A DNA stretch of 64,000 bases from contig JAJYME010000004.1 of NCBI GenBank assembly GCA_021787205.1, positions 39,063-103,062 of the forward strand. The letters run 5' to 3'. Shown here piece by piece: positions 46,076 to 53,962 of this stretch. This DNA comes from a bacterium. Lineage in GTDB: Bacteria > Patescibacteriota > Minisyncoccia > UBA6257 > Colwellbacteraceae. The translations under genes were made by a program, and so were the position numbers. The stretch's first letter is position 1. Every line of letters starts with the position of its first letter. A model generated the notes under the pieces. That model did not search any database. It was not told the origin of the DNA and was given only the letters and a program-made list of their open reading frames with translations.

Positions 46076-46776
46076 TGAATACGACAATCGATTTGAACAC
46101 AAAAGAAAAAATAACCTGGTGCCCGGGATGCTTGAATAATGTCGCCTTGATAGCCTTTAAGAAAGCAATTAAGGAATTGGGTGAGGAGGGGAAGGTAGAC
46201 CCGATGAAAATTGTCCTTGTGACTGATATCGGGTGCAATGGCAAGATTTACGATTATGTAAACCTTTCGAGCATTTACGGTCTTCACGGAAGGGTCATCC
46301 CCGCGGCTTATGGGACCAAGATCGGAAACCCCGACCTTAAAGTAATCGGTTTTGCCGGGGATGGCGGAACTTATGGCGAGGGAATGGGACATGTGGTCTC
46401 AGCTTCCAGGAAGAATTTCCCGATAACCATGTTTGTTTTGAATAACGGGGTGTTTGCCCTGACAAAGGGGCAGACCTCTCCCACGAAGAAGGATTCTGAC
46501 AATATAGCGCCTTTGGCAATTGCGAGGGCGGCCGGGGCTAAATTCTTGGCAAGGGGAACGACTTTTTTCCCGGATCAATTAACGATTCTGATGAAGGAGG
46601 CGATAATGCACGACGGTTTTTCCCTGACTGACATCGTGCAACCCTGCATTATTTTCAACAACAATTCAACCGAATTAAGAGAGAGGCTGGAGAGGGTTGA
46701 GGCGATGGGGGAAGAGCAGCTCTCAGATGAGCTGAAACAGGGGAAAATCCATACCGGGATTTATATTGAAAAGTAG
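46075..46776 (+). CDS. 2-oxoacid:ferredoxin oxidoreductase, beta (TPP-binding) subunit
   Basis: CPGC and GDGGTYGEGMGH are present; the gene overlaps the alpha gene by ATGA. Confidence 0.8.
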   Translation: MNTTIDLNTKEKITWCPGCLNNVALIAFKKAIKELGEEGKVDPMKIVLVTDIGCNGKIYDYVNLSSIYGLHGRVIPAAYGTKIGNPDLKVIGFAGDGGTYGEGMGHVVSASRKNFPITMFVLNNGVFALTKGQTSPTKKDSDNIAPLAIARAAGAKFLARGTTFFPDQLTILMKEAIMHDGFSLTDIVQPCIIFNNNSTELRERLERVEAMGEEQLSDELKQGKIHTGIYIEK

Positions 46777-46793
46777 TCAAAATATGTTATAAT
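46766..46793 (+). promoter_or_regulatory. Promoter TTGAAA-16-TGtTATAAT upstream of tRNA-Lys
   Basis: The hexamers are at 46766-46771 and 46788-46793. Confidence 0.45.
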
Positions 46794-46856
46794 GATCGGA
46801 CAGGTCCGAAAGGGTTTGTAAAGCGCTGAAAGTGTTTTTAACATCGGAAGCGCTTT

Positions 46857-46929
46857 GGATCGCTAGCTCAACCGGCAGAGCAGGCGCCTCTTAAGCGCAA
46901 GGTTCTGGGTTCGACTCCCAGGCGATCCA
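46857..46929 (+). tRNA. tRNA-Lys (anticodon CUU); CCA not encoded
   Basis: GGATCGC TA GCTC AACCGGCA GAGC A GGCGC CTCTTAA GCGCA AGGTT CTGGG TTCGACT CCCAG GCGATCC A. The acceptor and T stems are perfect. Confidence 0.85.
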
Positions 46930-46942
46930 CAAATAAAATTAA

Positions 46943-46985
46943 GAAGCTTGATAAGGCTCGGACCAATGGTCCGGGTTTTATTTTG
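46943..46985 (+). terminator. Rho-independent terminator after tRNA-Lys
   Basis: GCTCGGACC AATG GTCCGGG TTTTATTTTG. Confidence 0.55.
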
Positions 46986-47008
46986 ATAAAGGTCAAAACA
47001 AAAAAACA

Positions 47009-47206
47009 ATGGAAGAGAAAGAAGAATGCATGGCCTGCATTTGTCCCTGCCGAGAACATACCAAGCACAATCATCCTATTCACGAGGGGATGGAGCACGA
47101 AGCTTATATAAGGAGGGAGGAACACGAGGGAGTAAGTTGCAGGCATTGCGGCCATAACCATCGGGCGGATCGGAAATGCGACATTTGCGGCTGCGAGATA
47201 AAATAA
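47009..47206 (+). CDS. Small Cys/His-rich putative metal-binding protein (65 aa)
   Basis: MEEKEECMACICPCREHTKHNHPIHEGMEHEAYIRREEHEGVSCRHCGHNHRADRKCDICGCEIK contains 10 Cys and 10 His in 65 aa. Confidence 0.4.
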   Translation: MEEKEECMACICPCREHTKHNHPIHEGMEHEAYIRREEHEGVSCRHCGHNHRADRKCDICGCEIK

Positions 47207-47223
47207 TTTCGTAAAATAAAAAT

Positions 47224-47252
47224 AACCCTCTTTACGAGGGTTCATTTTTTAG
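47224..47252. terminator. Terminator hairpin between convergent genes
   Basis: AACCCTC TTTACGA GAGGGTT CATTTTTT. Confidence 0.55.
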
Positions 47253-47836
47253 ATTTCTTTGGGAAGAATATTCTCTTTTGCCCAGTCCAAGAATTGGTTC
47301 AAAGCAATGGTCCTTTCGGAATATTTGCCTTTTTGTGCTTCGGGGATGTGAATATAGGGCATCCTGGCTCCATGAGGAATGAAGAGGTGCCCAAACCCGG
47401 CGGATTTTGGGAAATCGGTGTCGGTCGGCAAATCGGATATTCGCCCTCTCACTCTTCCTTCGAATATGACCGGATTTTTGGCAGTTGCTTCATCGCAATA
47501 AGCGACAGCAACGACTGATTCGGCGTAGCGGCTTTGCCCGTTCAACATTCGTAAGACTCCGTTCATTCCGAGACGGGATTTTACGAATTTCGCAAGGGCG
47601 CCAGGATAGCCTTCACAGGCGGCGAGATAGATTCCCGCATCATCAACGAGCACCGGGCTTTTGCATTTTATATAAGCCAAAGACGCTTTGTATTTGACGA
47701 CGGTTTTGACATCCAGGAACTGGTATTCGGGGATAGAGCACTCCAGTCGTCTTAGGTCGAAATAATTTCCAAGAATCTGTTGTGCTAGAGCAAACTTGTA
47801 GTCCGATGAGGTGATCATGGTCATTACAGGTTTCAT
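47249..47836 (-). CDS. Non-canonical purine NTP pyrophosphatase (HAM1/RdgB family), tentative
   Basis: LVDDAGIYLAACEGYPGALAKF resembles the Ham1 core (..DSGL....G.PG..SAR.); the length is ~195 aa. Confidence 0.5.
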   Translation of the reverse strand: MKPVMTMITSSDYKFALAQQILGNYFDLRRLECSIPEYQFLDVKTVVKYKASLAYIKCKSPVLVDDAGIYLAACEGYPGALAKFVKSRLGMNGVLRMLNGQSRYAESVVAVAYCDEATAKNPVIFEGRVRGRISDLPTDTDFPKSAGFGHLFIPHGARMPYIHIPEAQKGKYSERTIALNQFLDWAKENILPKEI

Positions 47837-47932
47837 TGATAATTCCTCCTTTTAAATCTATTTTCTGGATCTGCTGCAAGAATATCACTTCGGTCTAGTT
47901 TTGTCAAGTATTTTCTCAAAAATATCCAAAAA

Positions 47933-47940
47933 AGCTATAA
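47933..47940 (+). promoter_or_regulatory. -10 element GCTATAAT upstream of recG
   Basis: aaagctataatttatccaATG. Confidence 0.35.
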
Positions 47941-47948
47941 TTTATCCA

Positions 47949-50063
47949 ATGACGGAAAATCTGGACGTTTCCTTGAAGGAAATCAAGGGAATTGGGGAAA
48001 AATTACTGGAAAAACTGAATAAGGTAGGTATTGAAACCGTTGCCGATCTTTTATGGTTCACGCCAGTAAGGATCGAAGATTGGAATAATCCAACGCCAAT
48101 CTCGGAGGTAAAGGAGGACGGATTTTATGTCGTCAGGGGAGTGATTGAGAAGGTGACAGAAAGAAGGATCTGGGCCAGAAAAATGTCCATCGTCGAGGCG
48201 ATGATCGGAGACGGGACGGGTTCGGTCCGGGCAGTCTGGTTCAATCAGGTCTATGTGAAAAGAGGATTTACCAAGGGCGATGAGGTGATAGTCTCGGGAA
48301 AGACGAGTTATAAAGGGAAGATATTCTTCTCATCTCCTACTTGCACGGTCATTGGGGAGGGCTTTGTCCCAAATATCGTTCCTGTCTACAAAAGACCAAA
48401 GGGAGTTTCCTCAAAGACCATCAATACCTTGGTTGGCAAATTATTGCCGATAGCAAGGCTTGAAGAATTCATTCCGGAAGAAATATTAGGAAAGGAAAAG
48501 TTTCTGGAAGTGAACCAGGCGCTCAAGGCAATCCACTTTCCGAATACCTCCCTTGAATGGTGGCAGGCAAAAAAGAGATTCGCCTTTGAGTCCTTATTCC
48601 TGATGCAGTTGGGAAGTTTGATCCAAAAGAAAAAGCTTTCCGAACTGGCGGCGCCAGCGATAAGCCCGGATTACGAATTTTTGAAAAAGACGATCGAGGA
48701 ATTGCCATACCCTTTGACCTTCGCTCAAAAAAGGGTGTTCTATGAAGTATTGAAAGATATGGAGAAAGGGACTCCGATGAGCAGATTGATCCAGGGGGAT
48801 GTCGGATCGGGAAAAACGATTGTGGCAGCGCTCTCGGCGATAGAAGCAGCCAGAAATGGCTATCAGGTGACCCTGATGGCGCCGACAGAAATATTGGCAA
48901 CCCAGCATTATGAGACGATAAAAAAGATATTTGGAAAATTAGGGATTGGGACAGCGCTCTTAACATCAAAAACCAGGAAAATATACTATGGAGACGGATT
49001 GGAGTCTGAGCCGAAGAAAGAAGATATTTTGAACGAGATAAAGTCGGGAAAGATCAAGATAATCGCCGGTACTCACTCTCTCATAGCCGGCGGGGGAAGA
49101 ACAAAGCCCATAATTTTTAACAAACTCGGGTTGGTGATAATCGACGAGCAGCATCGATTCGGAGTCAATGAGAGAGCGAAGCTGATTGACAGATCTAAAA
49201 ATGAGAATTTCTCTCCTCACTTTTTGAGTATGTCGGCAACGCCCATTCCCAGAACTTTGGCAATCGCCATGTTTGGAGACCTTGATTTGTCGGTAATTGA
49301 TGAGCTTCCTAAGAATAGAAAGCCGATCGTAACGAAAGTGGTGGACGGCGAGAGCAGGGACAAGGCCTACGAGTTTATAAGGAGGGAGATAGAAAATGGG
49401 AGACAGGCCTTTGTCGTCTGTCCGATGATTGATCGCGATGAGGAAGAGATAGACTTTTCGAACAACACGATGGCGGATGTAAAGACCGTTACGGAGGAAT
49501 ATAAAAAATTATCCAAGGAGATTTTTCCAAAACTGAAGGTTGGCGTCTTGCACGGAAAGATGAAAGCCGAAGAAAAGGCCCAAGTAATGCAAGACTTCAA
49601 GGAAAACAAGACAAATATCCTCGTTTCAACCTCCGTAATCGAAGTGGGAGTCGATGTGCCAAACGCAACTATCATGATGATCGAGTCGGCTGACAGGTTT
49701 GGTTTGGCCCAGCTCTACCAATTCAAAGGAAGGGTTGGTAGGGGAGAACATCAATCCTACTGCCTATTATTTACCGAAACTAATGGCGAGGAAGCGGTAA
49801 AAAGACTCCAAGCGATAGCGACAGCCAAGAGTGGATTCGAATTGGCAGAAAAGGATTTGGAAATCAGAGGCCCAGGAGAATTCCTGGGAGAAAATCAGAA
49901 GGGGTTGCCAGACGTGACAATGAAGGCTTTGCAAGATAAACAAATGATAAAGGAGAGCCGGGAGGCGGCGATAATGGTGCTTGAGGGCAAGATCGGATTC
50001 AAAGAATTCTCCGTTCTAAAAAAGAAATTAGACCACTTCCAGAAGAGTTTTCATTTGGAGTAA
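47949..50063 (+). CDS. recG: ATP-dependent DNA helicase RecG
   Basis: An N-terminal wedge/OB region is followed by the helicase motifs GDVGSGKT, DEQHRFGV and QFKGRVGRG. Confidence 0.85.
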   Translation: MTENLDVSLKEIKGIGEKLLEKLNKVGIETVADLLWFTPVRIEDWNNPTPISEVKEDGFYVVRGVIEKVTERRIWARKMSIVEAMIGDGTGSVRAVWFNQVYVKRGFTKGDEVIVSGKTSYKGKIFFSSPTCTVIGEGFVPNIVPVYKRPKGVSSKTINTLVGKLLPIARLEEFIPEEILGKEKFLEVNQALKAIHFPNTSLEWWQAKKRFAFESLFLMQLGSLIQKKKLSELAAPAISPDYEFLKKTIEELPYPLTFAQKRVFYEVLKDMEKGTPMSRLIQGDVGSGKTIVAALSAIEAARNGYQVTLMAPTEILATQHYETIKKIFGKLGIGTALLTSKTRKIYYGDGLESEPKKEDILNEIKSGKIKIIAGTHSLIAGGGRTKPIIFNKLGLVIIDEQHRFGVNERAKLIDRSKNENFSPHFLSMSATPIPRTLAIAMFGDLDLSVIDELPKNRKPIVTKVVDGESRDKAYEFIRREIENGRQAFVVCPMIDRDEEEIDFSNNTMADVKTVTEEYKKLSKEIFPKLKVGVLHGKMKAEEKAQVMQDFKENKTNILVSTSVIEVGVDVPNATIMMIESADRFGLAQLYQFKGRVGRGEHQSYCLLFTETNGEEAVKRLQAIATAKSGFELAEKDLEIRGPGEFLGENQKGLPDVTMKALQDKQMIKESREAAIMVLEGKIGFKEFSVLKKKLDHFQKSFHLE

Positions 50064-50131
50064 TGCGGATCCGCTAATTAGTGGAAAAGAGAAGATAAAT
50101 GTGATATTTTATAAGGGTCACATTTATTTTT

Positions 50132-50203
50132 GCCTCCGTAGTTCAACGGATAGAGCAACGGTCTTCGAAACCGTTGATGAGGGTTCGATTCCTTCCGGAG
50201 GCA
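50132..50203 (+). tRNA. tRNA-Arg (anticodon UCG); CCA not encoded
   Basis: GCCTCCG TA GTTC AACGGATA GAGC A ACGGT CTTCGAA ACCGT TGAT GAGGG TTCGATT CCTTC CGGAGGC A. Confidence 0.85.
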
Positions 50204-50383
50204 CATAGAATGACAATACATTTTTCCCGATTGACGCGGTCTTCACCCTCCAGCGGGGCGAATCCGCTCAGATCTCGGCAATTTACCAATGCTCTGCATT
50301 GGGCCAATCTAAATTGCCTACGATATGCATCGAGGAAAGATGTATTGTCTTATACAATATGAAGGATATAAATTTATTAACGA

Positions 50384-51841
50384 ATGACTAATAATATGGA
50401 GATTCCAAGCGAAGTAAAAAAAGTCTTAGCCGAGCTTGCCGGGCGCGGATTCTTGGCGTATATCGTCGGAGGATCGGTGAGGGATTTATTGCTCAATAAG
50501 GCCCCGAGCGATTGGGACATCACCACCAATGCCTTGCCGGATGATGTGCTTTCTATCTTCCCGGATAGTTTTTATGAAAATGATTTTGGAACGGTCGGAG
50601 TAAAGACCGAATCAGATAATGACAACTTGAAGGTGATCGAGGTGACTACTTTCAGGAAGGAGGGCGGCTATTCTGATTTCCGTCATCCTGATAAAATCGA
50701 ATTTACCGAAAAGGTTGAGGATGACTTATCAAGAAGGGACTTTACCATAAACGCCATGGCGATGGATGCGAATGGGAACCTGATCGATGTTTATGACGGT
50801 CGGAAGGACTTGGACTTAAAAGTCGTAAGAGCTGTCGGCGATCCAATCGAAAGATTTGAAGAGGATGCCCTTCGCCTCATGAGGGCTATCAGGTTCGCGG
50901 CTCAACTCGGATTTGATATTGAGGCCAAGACGCTTGAGGCGATTAACCAAAAGGCTTACCTTATCCAGAATATCGCTAAAGAAAGAATCCAAGTGGAGTT
51001 TTCAAAAATCGTGATGTCGGATTCGGCGGCTTGGGGAATCGTTATGTTAGACAGTTGCGGATTGCTCCAATACATCGTTCCTGAATTAAGGGAGGGAATC
51101 GGGGTTACTCAGAACAAACATCATATCTACACTGTTTGGGAACATAATTTGAAAGTTTTCGATTATGCATGTAAAAACAGCCCCAAGTTGGAGGTCAGAT
51201 TGGCAGCTCTTTTTCACGATATAGCAAAGCCAAAAGTAAAAGCGGGGGAAGGGGAGAACTCAACTTTCTATAACCATGAAGTGATGGGAGCAAAGATGGC
51301 GAAAGAAATCTTGAGAAGACTGAAGTATTCGACGGAAGTTGTAGACTGCACGACTCATCTCGTAAGAAATCACATGTTTTATTATAACGTGGGAGAAGTG
51401 ACTGAGGCGGGAGTGAGAAGATTTATAAAAAGGGTGGGCGAGGAGACTCTTGATGATTTGATGGTTCTGCGTGAAGCGGACAGAATTGGCTCCGGAGTGC
51501 CGAAAGCCGTACCTTACAAGATGAGACATCTGAAGTTCATGATCGACAAAGTAAGAAGGGATCCGCTGACTCCGAAGGCTTTGAAACTGAATGGAGATGA
51601 GTTGATGAAGTTGCTCGGAATCGGCCCAGGAGTAAAGATCGGTTTCATCCTCAATATTCTTCTGGAGGAAGTCCTTGATGATCCTCAAAAGAATGACAAA
51701 GAGTATCTGGAGAAGAGGGCGATTGAGCTTAACGATTTTGATGATTCCAGGTTAAAGGAAATGTTCCAAACCGCAAGGAATAAGAAAGATGAGTTTGAAG
51801 CGGCGGCGGAGAAGGAGATAAAAAGAAAACATAAAGTTTAA
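50384..51841 (+). CDS. cca: CCA-adding tRNA nucleotidyltransferase with an HD domain
   Basis: The N-terminal pol-beta NTase motif GGSVRDLLL...DxD, the RAIRFAAQLGF head/neck region and the HD-domain HDIAKP are present. Confidence 0.8.
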   Translation: MTNNMEIPSEVKKVLAELAGRGFLAYIVGGSVRDLLLNKAPSDWDITTNALPDDVLSIFPDSFYENDFGTVGVKTESDNDNLKVIEVTTFRKEGGYSDFRHPDKIEFTEKVEDDLSRRDFTINAMAMDANGNLIDVYDGRKDLDLKVVRAVGDPIERFEEDALRLMRAIRFAAQLGFDIEAKTLEAINQKAYLIQNIAKERIQVEFSKIVMSDSAAWGIVMLDSCGLLQYIVPELREGIGVTQNKHHIYTVWEHNLKVFDYACKNSPKLEVRLAALFHDIAKPKVKAGEGENSTFYNHEVMGAKMAKEILRRLKYSTEVVDCTTHLVRNHMFYYNVGEVTEAGVRRFIKRVGEETLDDLMVLREADRIGSGVPKAVPYKMRHLKFMIDKVRRDPLTPKALKLNGDELMKLLGIGPGVKIGFILNILLEEVLDDPQKNDKEYLEKRAIELNDFDDSRLKEMFQTARNKKDEFEAAAEKEIKRKHKV

Positions 51842-51846
51842 TTTTA

Positions 51847-51916
51847 TTTTCGATTCTCGGCCTTACAAATAAAAATAACCCCCACCTTTATACGGGGGTT
51901 ATTCTATCTGTCGGGC
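51847..51916 (+). repeat. Copy A of a ~70-nt direct repeat (copy B at 52085-52154) containing a terminator hairpin
   Basis: The first 44 nt (ttttcgattctcggccttacaaataaaaataacccccaccttta) and the last 16 nt (attctatctgtcgggc) are identical. The hairpin 3' arm differs (tacgggggtt vs ggtggggatt), yet both versions still fold. Confidence 0.7.
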
Positions 51917-51962
51917 ATTTTGAGATGCCGAACGAAAACCGCCCACGTATGGGCGGTTTGGT

Positions 51963-51980
51963 TCTGTCGGGCTGCCGAGA
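51963..51980 (+). repeat. 18-bp direct repeat of the tRNA-Pro 3' end (tctgtcgggctgccgaga; second copy at 52145-52162 overlapping the tRNA)
   Basis: The copies are exact and 182 bp apart. Confidence 0.7.
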
Positions 51981-52148
51981 CGCTTCGCTATCTCACGTCG
52001 CGGAAGCGTCCGTTCCTGTGAAACCCACGGTTTCACAGACATCCTATACGGAAGGGATACTGAGTCTCCCTTCCGACCCATCCCTTTTCGATTCTCGGCC
52101 TTACAAATAAAAATAACCCCCACCTTTAGGTGGGGATTATTCTATCTG

Positions 52149-52219
52149 TCGGGCTGCCGAGAATCGAACTCGGTCTTTACGCACCCGAAGCGCACGTACT
52201 ACCGGTATACTACAGCCCG
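52149..52219 (-). tRNA. tRNA-Pro (anticodon CGG); CCA not encoded
   Basis: Reverse complement: CGGGCTG TA GTAT ACCGGTA GTAC G TGCGC TTCGGGT GCGTA AAGA CCGAG TTCGATT CTCGG CAGCCCG A. G37 is present. Confidence 0.8.
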
Positions 52220-52473
52220 TTTATTTATTTGCTCGGTTGGGTGGCAGCTGGCGTCTATCCTTGTTTGGAAACGTCGCGCACTTGCTGGTTGCTATACAGT
52301 CCGAACATTGAAAATATTACCCTAATCTGGCCTAAAAAACAAGAAAATCGAAGACGATATTAACGCTAATGATAAAGAAGGAGAATCTTGCCGAGACAAG
52401 TTAGGGAGGGAGGAGTCTTGAAGTCAATTCTTGGCAAAATGACAAAATGGGGAAAAACTGATAAGATGAGGCC

Positions 52474-53409
52474 ATGATTAGCATTTTTCAGCGAACAATA
52501 CGCGATGAAAAAGTGAATGCGATTGAAGAATTCCGATCCGGGAGCTGGATTTATGTTGAATCTCCGACGATGGAAGAATTGGCTAATATTGCCAAAGACT
52601 TTGAGCTCGAAGAAGATCTTTTAAAGGATGGATGCGATCCTTATGAGGTTCCAAGAATGGAGGTTGAGAAGAACGCCATCTATCTCTATACCAGGGTACC
52701 GGTAAAGACAAACAACGAGATAACCACAGCGCCGCTACTGATCGTTCTGGGAGTCGATTTCTTCCTGACTATCTCAAATGAGAGATATAACTTTTTCCGC
52801 AAGATGATTTCTCAAGGAAGCGATTTTTTCACTAGCCAGAAAACGGCAATGCTGATTTATGTAATTTCTGAGATACTTGGAATTTACAATGAATCGCTTA
52901 CCAATATCAGAAGACAGGTGAGGATAGTCTCCGACCACATCGAGGAAATCAAGAATGACGATATTGTCAAATTCCTGGATTTCGAAGGGATCATCAATGA
53001 TTTTCTTTCGGCTTTGATTCCTACGAGCGCCATTCTGTCCAACCTCCTGTCGGGCAAGGCGCCAAAGGACTTGATCAAATTATACGAAGCCGACCAAGAC
53101 TTGATTGAAGACCTATTCTTGTATTCAACCCAAACGATCGAGCTTTGCAAATCAAGCCTTAAGACTATCGTCAATATCCGCGAGGCTTACTCCATCATCA
53201 TGACAAATAATCTTAACCGGGCAATCAAATTATTGACGGCGCTGACGATTATCGTTGCTCTTCCAACCTTGGTGACCAGCATATTCGGAATGAATGTCCG
53301 ATTTCCTTTTCCTGAAGGATCGTTTATGGTCTTTTGGGGAATAGTCATCGTCATGATCGGTTCGGTCGGGTTTACAGCGTATTTCTTCATTAAGAAGAAT
53401 TGGTTTTAA
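52474..53409 (+). CDS. corA: CorA-family Mg2+/Co2+ transporter
   Basis: The C-terminal two TM helices carry the GMN motif (SIFGMNVRFPF). Confidence 0.8.
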   Translation: MISIFQRTIRDEKVNAIEEFRSGSWIYVESPTMEELANIAKDFELEEDLLKDGCDPYEVPRMEVEKNAIYLYTRVPVKTNNEITTAPLLIVLGVDFFLTISNERYNFFRKMISQGSDFFTSQKTAMLIYVISEILGIYNESLTNIRRQVRIVSDHIEEIKNDDIVKFLDFEGIINDFLSALIPTSAILSNLLSGKAPKDLIKLYEADQDLIEDLFLYSTQTIELCKSSLKTIVNIREAYSIIMTNNLNRAIKLLTALTIIVALPTLVTSIFGMNVRFPFPEGSFMVFWGIVIVMIGSVGFTAYFFIKKNWF

Positions 53410-53410
53410 G

Positions 53411-53704
53411 ATGGGTTTGAAATTTTCCAGGAACATCGAAGACTTTACTTGTGCCAATTGCGGCGAAAAGATAAAAGGAAACGGGTATACAAACCATTGC
53501 CCAAAATGCCTTTGGAGCCGTCACGTCGACATTTTTCCCGGTGACCGGGCAAACGAGTGCGGCGGGAATATGAAGCCTATCGGGTATGAAACCAAAGGCG
53601 GAAGGATTGTCCTCATACATAGGTGCGAGAGTTGCGGTGAGATAAAGAGAAATAAGATGCAACCAGAGGACGACATGAGCCTTCTGGCAAATTTAGAGAA
53701 CTAA
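53411..53704 (+). CDS. RNHCP-domain zinc-ribbon protein
   Basis: CANCGEKIKGNGYTNHCPKC...HRCESCGE carries the RNHCP signature with two Cys pairs. Confidence 0.55.
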   Translation: MGLKFSRNIEDFTCANCGEKIKGNGYTNHCPKCLWSRHVDIFPGDRANECGGNMKPIGYETKGGRIVLIHRCESCGEIKRNKMQPEDDMSLLANLEN

Positions 53705-53730
53705 AAAACCGCGCAGGGCGCGGTTTTTTA
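53704..53730 (+). terminator. Rho-independent terminator
   Basis: AAAAAACCGCGC AGGG CGCGGTTTTTTA. Confidence 0.6.
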
Positions 53731-53944
53731 ATAAAGACGATCCTATAAAAAAATCAATAATATTAACGTTTGTTAAATTATTTATTTCTTCTTGGCGGCT
53801 TTCTTGGCAGGAGCCTTTTTAACAGCTTTCTTAGCGGCTGGCATTGGTTTTTTATAAAGTTAAGACCTTTATCTAATTATAAACGGAATCTGCAAAAGTA
53901 AAGCTGTGCATAACTTGCTGTCTTTGCTCGACAACCTTGATAAA

Positions 53945-53952
53945 TGGTATAA
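53945..53952 (+). promoter_or_regulatory. Extended -10 TGGTATAAT, 10 nt upstream of the ppsA start (very short leader)
   Basis: aaatggtataatgcaggtgttATG. Confidence 0.5.
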
Positions 53953-53962
53953 TGCAGGTGTT

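Noticed and set aside
50174-50362. 62-aa ORF overlapping the tRNA-Arg 3' end and the spacer before cca
   Set aside because: It overlaps the tRNA; the GC-rich spacer (50215-50330) has no RBS. It is noted only as an unexplained GC-rich patch.
51925-52363. Small ORFs 51925-52110 (+) and 52130-52363 (+) near tRNA-Pro
   Set aside because: They overlap the hairpin array and the tRNA-Pro gene, so the RNA elements explain the sequence.
52330-52473. Possible M-box (Mg2+) riboswitch upstream of corA
   Set aside because: The 140-nt leader shows none of the conserved M-box segments I can recall, and it is AT-rich without the expected multi-helix structure.
53906-53962. Upstream ATG for ppsA
   Set aside because: It lies upstream of the TGGTATAAT -10 element. 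The conserved PpsA N-terminus begins at the ATG at 53963.
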